64,000 nucleotides of DNA from contig JAQGGT010000006.1 in the NCBI GenBank assembly GCA_028289245.1, positions 144,948-208,947 of the forward strand, written 5' to 3'. The translations under genes and the position numbers were made by a program. Shown here piece by piece: positions 59,507 to 64,000 of this stretch (its first letter is position 1; every line of letters starts with the position of its first letter). Origin of the DNA: Candidatus Saccharimonadota bacterium. GTDB taxonomy: Bacteria; Patescibacteriota; Saccharimonadia; Saccharimonadales; UBA4665. The notes below the pieces were generated by a model. That model did not search any database. It was not told the origin of the DNA and was given only the letters and a program-made list of their open reading frames with translations.

Positions 59507-60596
59507 ACGTGATTATTACGAAGTTCTAGGTCTTAGTAAGGGCGCTAGCGCTGACGAGATCAAGAAGGCTTTCCGCAAGGCGGCTATCGAGCATCACCCG
59601 GACCGCGGCGGCAACGAGGCCAAGTTCAAAGAAGTTAACGAAGCCTATGAGGTCTTGAAGGATCCTGCTAAAAAGCAGCGTTACGACCAGTTCGGCCACG
59701 CCGGTGTTGGCGGTGCGTCAGGCGGCGGAGGCGGCGGCTTTGGCGGTTTCGAGGGCTTTGGTGGCGCGCAGGGCCAAAACATCAACTTTGACTTCGGCGA
59801 TCTCGGGCTCGGTGACATCTTCGGTAGTTTCTTCGGTGGCGGCCAGAACCGTGGCCAAGGTCAGCAACAGCAGGCTCGTGGCCGCGACATTGAGTCCCGC
59901 CTCGACATCAGCTTCGAAGAAGCCGTTTTCGGTACCGAAAAAGATCTCCAACTTACCATGGACGACGAGTGTGAGCACTGTAAAGGTAGTACGGTTGAAC
60001 CCGGCTATGAGCTCAAAACTTGTGATACTTGTAAGGGTACCGGCCAGGTCGTAACCGTCGCCCGGACCATTTTTGGTAACATTCAGCAGGCCAGCGTCTG
60101 CCCGACCTGCCACGGCCGCGGTAAAGTCCCCGAGAAGCAGTGCACCGTCTGTAAGGGCAAGGGCACTCAAAGCAAAAAGCAGATTATCAGCCTCAAAATC
60201 CCAGCCGGCATCGACGATGGCGCTACCGTGCGTCTGCGCGAACGCGGCGAGGCTGTCGCCAATGGCCCTAAGGGCGACCTGTACGTCAACATTCGCGTCC
60301 GGCCCCACAAACGCTTCACCCGTGAGGGTGACCTTATCCTCAGTGACGAGCACATCAACATGGTCGAGGCGGCCCTCGGCACCGAGATCGATGTCGACAC
60401 CGTCGACGGCCCTATTCGCATGAAAATCCCGGCCGGCACCCAAGGCGGCACCGATTTCAAGCTCAGCGGCCACGGCGTGACGCAGCTGCGCGGCAGCGGC
60501 CGCGGTGCCCACATCGTCACGATCATCGTTGATACGCCTACCAAGCTATCCAAGCAGCAGAAAGCCCTGCTCGAAGAGTTTCTCGAAAGGAGCTAG
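59496..60596 (+). CDS. dnaJ: chaperone DnaJ
   Basis: HPD, G/F-rich region, four CxxCxGxG-type repeats. Confidence 0.98.
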   Translation: MADKRDYYEVLGLSKGASADEIKKAFRKAAIEHHPDRGGNEAKFKEVNEAYEVLKDPAKKQRYDQFGHAGVGGASGGGGGGFGGFEGFGGAQGQNINFDFGDLGLGDIFGSFFGGGQNRGQGQQQQARGRDIESRLDISFEEAVFGTEKDLQLTMDDECEHCKGSTVEPGYELKTCDTCKGTGQVVTVARTIFGNIQQASVCPTCHGRGKVPEKQCTVCKGKGTQSKKQIISLKIPAGIDDGATVRLRERGEAVANGPKGDLYVNIRVRPHKRFTREGDLILSDEHINMVEAALGTEIDVDTVDGPIRMKIPAGTQGGTDFKLSGHGVTQLRGSGRGAHIVTIIVDTPTKLSKQQKALLEEFLERS

Positions 60597-60597
60597 C

Positions 60598-61323
60598 CTA
60601 ACCGTCGACGGCGTCAGCGATATGCACCTGAGCCCGGCCAGCTTCTTTGGCGCTATACAAAGCGTCGTCGGCAGCTTTGAGGACTTCGGCCACACTAGTC
60701 GCTTCGACCGGTGCGATACCAATGCTCAGGCTGATCGGCAGCGTACTATCCGACTGCAGGCTCTCGTTTACTAGCGTCAAGAGCGTGGCTGCATCATCAG
60801 GGGTAGTATTAGAGAACAACGCAAAAAACTCGTCGCCAGACAGGCGGGCAGCAACTTCACCATGGCGATTGGTGGTAGCTTTGAGGGCGCCGGCAATTCG
60901 TTTCAGGACTTCGTCACCCGCGGCATGGCCATGGGTATCATTGATAAGCTTGAAATGATCAGCGTCGATGAAAGCCACCGTATCTCCTCTGGGGGCGTCA
61001 TGCGGACGCGGGCGCCGGGCGCGTTGGACTGCATCGCCCAGTTTCTGTTCGGCATAGGCCCGATTGCGGAGGCCGGTTAGGTGGTCAAACGTTGATTTCT
61101 CGGTGACAACGTCGAGCTCAGTTTGGGTGGCATTAAGCTGGGTAGCCATTACTTCGAGCTCCTCGGCGGCTAGTCGCGCCATAAGGATTTGGCCGGCCGT
61201 CTGACCGCTAATTAGGTGCTGATAGTAAGCATCCATTTCGGCAGATTCGGTAAAGCCTGCCTCGACCGCCGAGGGTGGTTGGCTCTTGGAGGTAAATGGG
61301 TCAGCAGAGTGCTCGTAAGTCAT
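60598..61323 (-). CDS. GGDEF-domain protein (SGDEF variant)
   Basis: DHLTGLRNR, DADHFKLINDTHGHAAGD, RLSGDEF, ADDALYSAK. Confidence 0.92.
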   Translation of the reverse strand: MTYEHSADPFTSKSQPPSAVEAGFTESAEMDAYYQHLISGQTAGQILMARLAAEELEVMATQLNATQTELDVVTEKSTFDHLTGLRNRAYAEQKLGDAVQRARRPRPHDAPRGDTVAFIDADHFKLINDTHGHAAGDEVLKRIAGALKATTNRHGEVAARLSGDEFFALFSNTTPDDAATLLTLVNESLQSDSTLPISLSIGIAPVEATSVAEVLKAADDALYSAKEAGRAQVHIADAVDG

Positions 61324-61400
61324 AACTATTTATAGCATAAAAACTATAAAATAGCAATACACAATAGGCTTTTGGCTTGACAATTTGATATGATGAACAG

Positions 61401-61514
61401 ATGAACAAGCATAAGCTGGATCAAAACGGCTTCATTCCTCTCCTGTTAGCGGTGCTCGGGCTGGTCTTGCTTGGGATAGTCTTTGTCTTTGTGCGTGTGG
61501 TGCACGCTAAATAA
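61401..61514 (+). CDS. 37-aa micro-pilin-like peptide
   Basis: MNKHKLDQNG|FIPLLLAVLGLVLLGIVFVFVRVVHAK; TATGAT 6 nt upstream; not in ORF track. Confidence 0.7.
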   Translation: MNKHKLDQNGFIPLLLAVLGLVLLGIVFVFVRVVHAK

Positions 61515-61518
61515 CTCG

Positions 61519-62433
61519 TTAGGCTACTAAATCGGTGAGGCTAAACTGCCCGTCGTGGGCCGTGACTGTCCGCCGCGACTTTCGGGCCGCCTGGCGATAG
61601 TGGAGTGCGGTTATGTGGGCCGGGCCCTTGCCGGTGCCGCGAATCACAGCCAGCTGGCCACCAGGATTGATCTGCAAGGCTACCTTGGCCGTCATACCGA
61701 GTCCCAGTTCGCCGAGTGCTCGGCGGCGATACATCATATCGTTAAAACTTGTCTCTCGAGAACGGTGCAGCTTCGGGGTTGCCTCAAAGTGAGGACAAAC
61801 AACGGTGTTGCTGATGGCTCCCAAAGCCTTAACATACCGATACTGCAAACCACCGGCAGCGGTGCGCCGAACAATACTGTCGCCGGCAGTGTGGCCACCG
61901 TCGAACCAGGCAATCGTGCCGGCACTTGTTCCCGTAATTACCTTGCCGTTCCGCATGGCGTCTAGTAGCTTGGTATCAAAGCCGAACGGCCGCCAGACTT
62001 GGTTGAGCATGCGATTAGTGTCGCCGCCGGCTACAAATATAAGATCGGCCGCTTCGATTTTCTCAGAGAGTTCGGCTTGGCTCGGAACCTTTGACGGGTT
62101 GATAGCCATGCCTCGTAAGGCCCCTGGTTCATCGCCTGCTGAGCGGTACATGTACGGGTGGAGTACGCTGGGGTCGGCACCGCGCTGAGTATAATAATCG
62201 GTTAGGCCGCCAACAATTCGTTCATGGCTGGCCGCCGATTTAGCTACTGCGGTCGGGACAATCAATACGTTTGGTTTGACGACACCTGTCATGTCGAGGG
62301 CGGTGTCGAAGAGGCGACGATCTTCCCACCAGTCTTGAGACATACTATAAGCGTCGCCCCCCATGAGGAGGCCGCGCAGGGCAGGGTCAACAGACGGAAT
62401 ATCAAATGAGAACTGGGCGTCTAACTCAGGCAT
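61519..62433 (-). CDS. peptidase S51 (PepE/cyanophycinase family)
   Basis: VPTA, IFVAGGDT, GTSAG nucleophile, CPHF. Confidence 0.88.
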   Translation of the reverse strand: MPELDAQFSFDIPSVDPALRGLLMGGDAYSMSQDWWEDRRLFDTALDMTGVVKPNVLIVPTAVAKSAASHERIVGGLTDYYTQRGADPSVLHPYMYRSAGDEPGALRGMAINPSKVPSQAELSEKIEAADLIFVAGGDTNRMLNQVWRPFGFDTKLLDAMRNGKVITGTSAGTIAWFDGGHTAGDSIVRRTAAGGLQYRYVKALGAISNTVVCPHFEATPKLHRSRETSFNDMMYRRRALGELGLGMTAKVALQINPGGQLAVIRGTGKGPAHITALHYRQAARKSRRTVTAHDGQFSLTDLVA

Positions 62434-62488
62434 AACATTATTATATAATATATTATATAACTATTCAAGCTTTATGCTAGAATAGGGT

Positions 62489-63427
62489 ATGTCTTTAAGT
62501 ATCACCAGCCATTTGATCATTGATGCTGCCCAAAAACGGGGGTGGGAAGTAAAGATTATTCATGCAGAAGACGCCTTTTACCGGATACGCCAACCGAGCG
62601 GTGAAACGTATTACGTACGGAGTAATGCGACACGCAAAATGGGCTCTACCAACACCTATATCACCAAGAATAAAGACGTGTTGTACGCTATCGCAGCCGA
62701 ATTAGGAGTCCGCATACCGGAGACGGTCGTTGCTACCGATGACCGGGATGGCGCCTTTAATTTGTTGCATAAATATCCCTTGCTGGTAGTGAAGCCCGCT
62801 GATCAAGGTCATGGCGACGGTATCACGGTAGGCATTACGAACGAAGCTGAGCTCACCAAGGCGCTCGAGTATGCCGAACGGTTTAGCAAGCGTGTCCTGG
62901 TGCAGCAGCACATTGCCGGGGACGATTACCGGGTGCTGTGTATCGATAAAAAGCTTGCCGCCGCCGCCATACGCAAGCCTGCATTCGTGACGGGTGACGG
63001 GGAGCACACTCTCGGCCAGCTGATCGATATTGAGAATCAAAGCGCTCGCCGAGCTAGTGGGTACAGCAACCTGCTGACGAGTATTGAGCTTGAACAAGCT
63101 ACGCGCTATCTCGGTGATCGAATTGACGAAATCGCCCCTGCCGGTGAAGAAGTACGCGTCATGGGCATTTCTAATGTCGGCAAGGGTGGGGTGGCTCTAG
63201 ATGTTACTGATGAACTACCGGCCGGGATGATTGAGGCGGCCTTAGCCGTCATCGAGCACCTTGATATCGGGCTGTGTGGTGTGGACTTTATGATGGGTGA
63301 TGACAACCAGCCCTATATGATCGAGATGAATTTGATGCCGAGTTTTGGCTTGCACGAGCATCCTTATCGGGGCCGCGCTCGACAAACACCCGATAAGTTT
63401 TTAGACTGGCTCATCAAAGATAATTAG
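62489..63427 (+). CDS. ATP-grasp ligase resembling the cyanophycin synthetase/GshAB ATP-grasp module
   Basis: VVKPADQGHGDGIT, GDDYRVL, VTGDG, SNVGKGG, GVD, IEMN..P....H..P. Confidence 0.85.
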   Translation: MSLSITSHLIIDAAQKRGWEVKIIHAEDAFYRIRQPSGETYYVRSNATRKMGSTNTYITKNKDVLYAIAAELGVRIPETVVATDDRDGAFNLLHKYPLLVVKPADQGHGDGITVGITNEAELTKALEYAERFSKRVLVQQHIAGDDYRVLCIDKKLAAAAIRKPAFVTGDGEHTLGQLIDIENQSARRASGYSNLLTSIELEQATRYLGDRIDEIAPAGEEVRVMGISNVGKGGVALDVTDELPAGMIEAALAVIEHLDIGLCGVDFMMGDDNQPYMIEMNLMPSFGLHEHPYRGRARQTPDKFLDWLIKDN

Positions 63428-63586
63428 CACTGCGTGGCAAAGGCCGTGCAAACATAAAGGGTATTGCAAAAAATGCATAAGAGTGATATAATTTCGATTC
63501 ATTCATTTGTTGATAGACATTCCGATCAGTGTGCTGTACAACAAAGGTATTACACAAAATTAGCAGTATTAGTATAAAGGAATCCC

Positions 63587-64000
63587 ATGTCACAGTTTCA
63601 CGAAGCGCAACAGCGAGATCTGATTTTGTTTGTCGGCGGCACTCGCGCGGAGGCCGTGGCTGTGGTGATTGCTTACGAAGCCAAGTATCACAAGTCTATT
63701 AAGGCCCTGTACATGGGTAATACCCGGTCAAAAGATTTTCTGAGCAAAGCCCCCGCCGAACATCGCCGCAAAATTATTGAGCTCCCTCTGGAGTTTCGTA
63801 AGCTGACTGCCGCTAGTATTTCCAAAGCGCTGACACCATACTCCGATCGGCTCCTGACCGCCACCTGTACGCGGGAATACAACATTCGTACCTACAAGAA
63901 GATCATTCCCCACATCCCGTACTTGTTTGCGCCGACCCAGGAATCTCTGGACTGGGCCACTGATAAAGTTGAAATGCGGCAGCGCATTCGTGAAAAAGCC
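63587..64000 (+). CDS. probable ATP-grasp protein, N-terminal part (truncated by window)
   Basis: AAAGGA RBS; MSQFHEAQQRDLILFVGG...PTQESLDWATDKVEMRQR, with a DK..MR motif; not in ORF track. Confidence 0.6.
   Translation, partial: MSQFHEAQQRDLILFVGGTRAEAVAVVIAYEAKYHKSIKALYMGNTRSKDFLSKAPAEHRRKIIELPLEFRKLTAASISKALTPYSDRLLTATCTREYNIRTYKKIIPHIPYLFAPTQESLDWATDKVEMRQRIREKA

Noticed and set aside
1..64000. CRISPR array, rRNA, IS transposase, reverse transcriptase, prophage structural genes
   Set aside because: No regularly spaced repeats or diagnostic motifs seen by eye

Overview
Chromosomal window from a standard-code bacterium. The gene content (many class-III-signal pilin-like genes, short HrcA, tilS-ftsH-murJ, TrmB-like regulator, apparently leaderless genes) suggests Patescibacteria/CPR, probably Saccharibacteria; this is an inference. 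It carries all three CAT-anticodon tRNAs (Ile2, fMet, Met), tilS/ftsH/murJ/radC/lepA/gmk, an hrcA-grpE-dnaK-dnaJ region with three CIRCE operators, and a minor-pilin cluster. Main highlights: (1) a 1.8-kb decayed element in tRNA-fMet bounded by an 8-bp repeat that lies in-frame inside a serine-recombinase C-terminus, so integration/excision would swap the recombinase tail; it carries a soluble + 4-TM two-gene cargo (candidate defence system); (2) an NrtR-controlled NAD+ salvage/ADP-ribose island (pncA, pncB, nadE, ADP-ribosylglycohydrolase) with four operators in two pairs spaced 48 bp apart and no nadD; (3) a likely -1 frameshifted gene at an A9G tract; (4) a cobalamin riboswitch ahead of a DUF4430/DUF6580-type pair; (5) a leader-peptide attenuator before an MFS gene; (6) several small ORFs missed by the ORF track. 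No rRNA, CRISPR array or intact transposase was seen. Family assignments come from motif recognition by eye, not from database searches.
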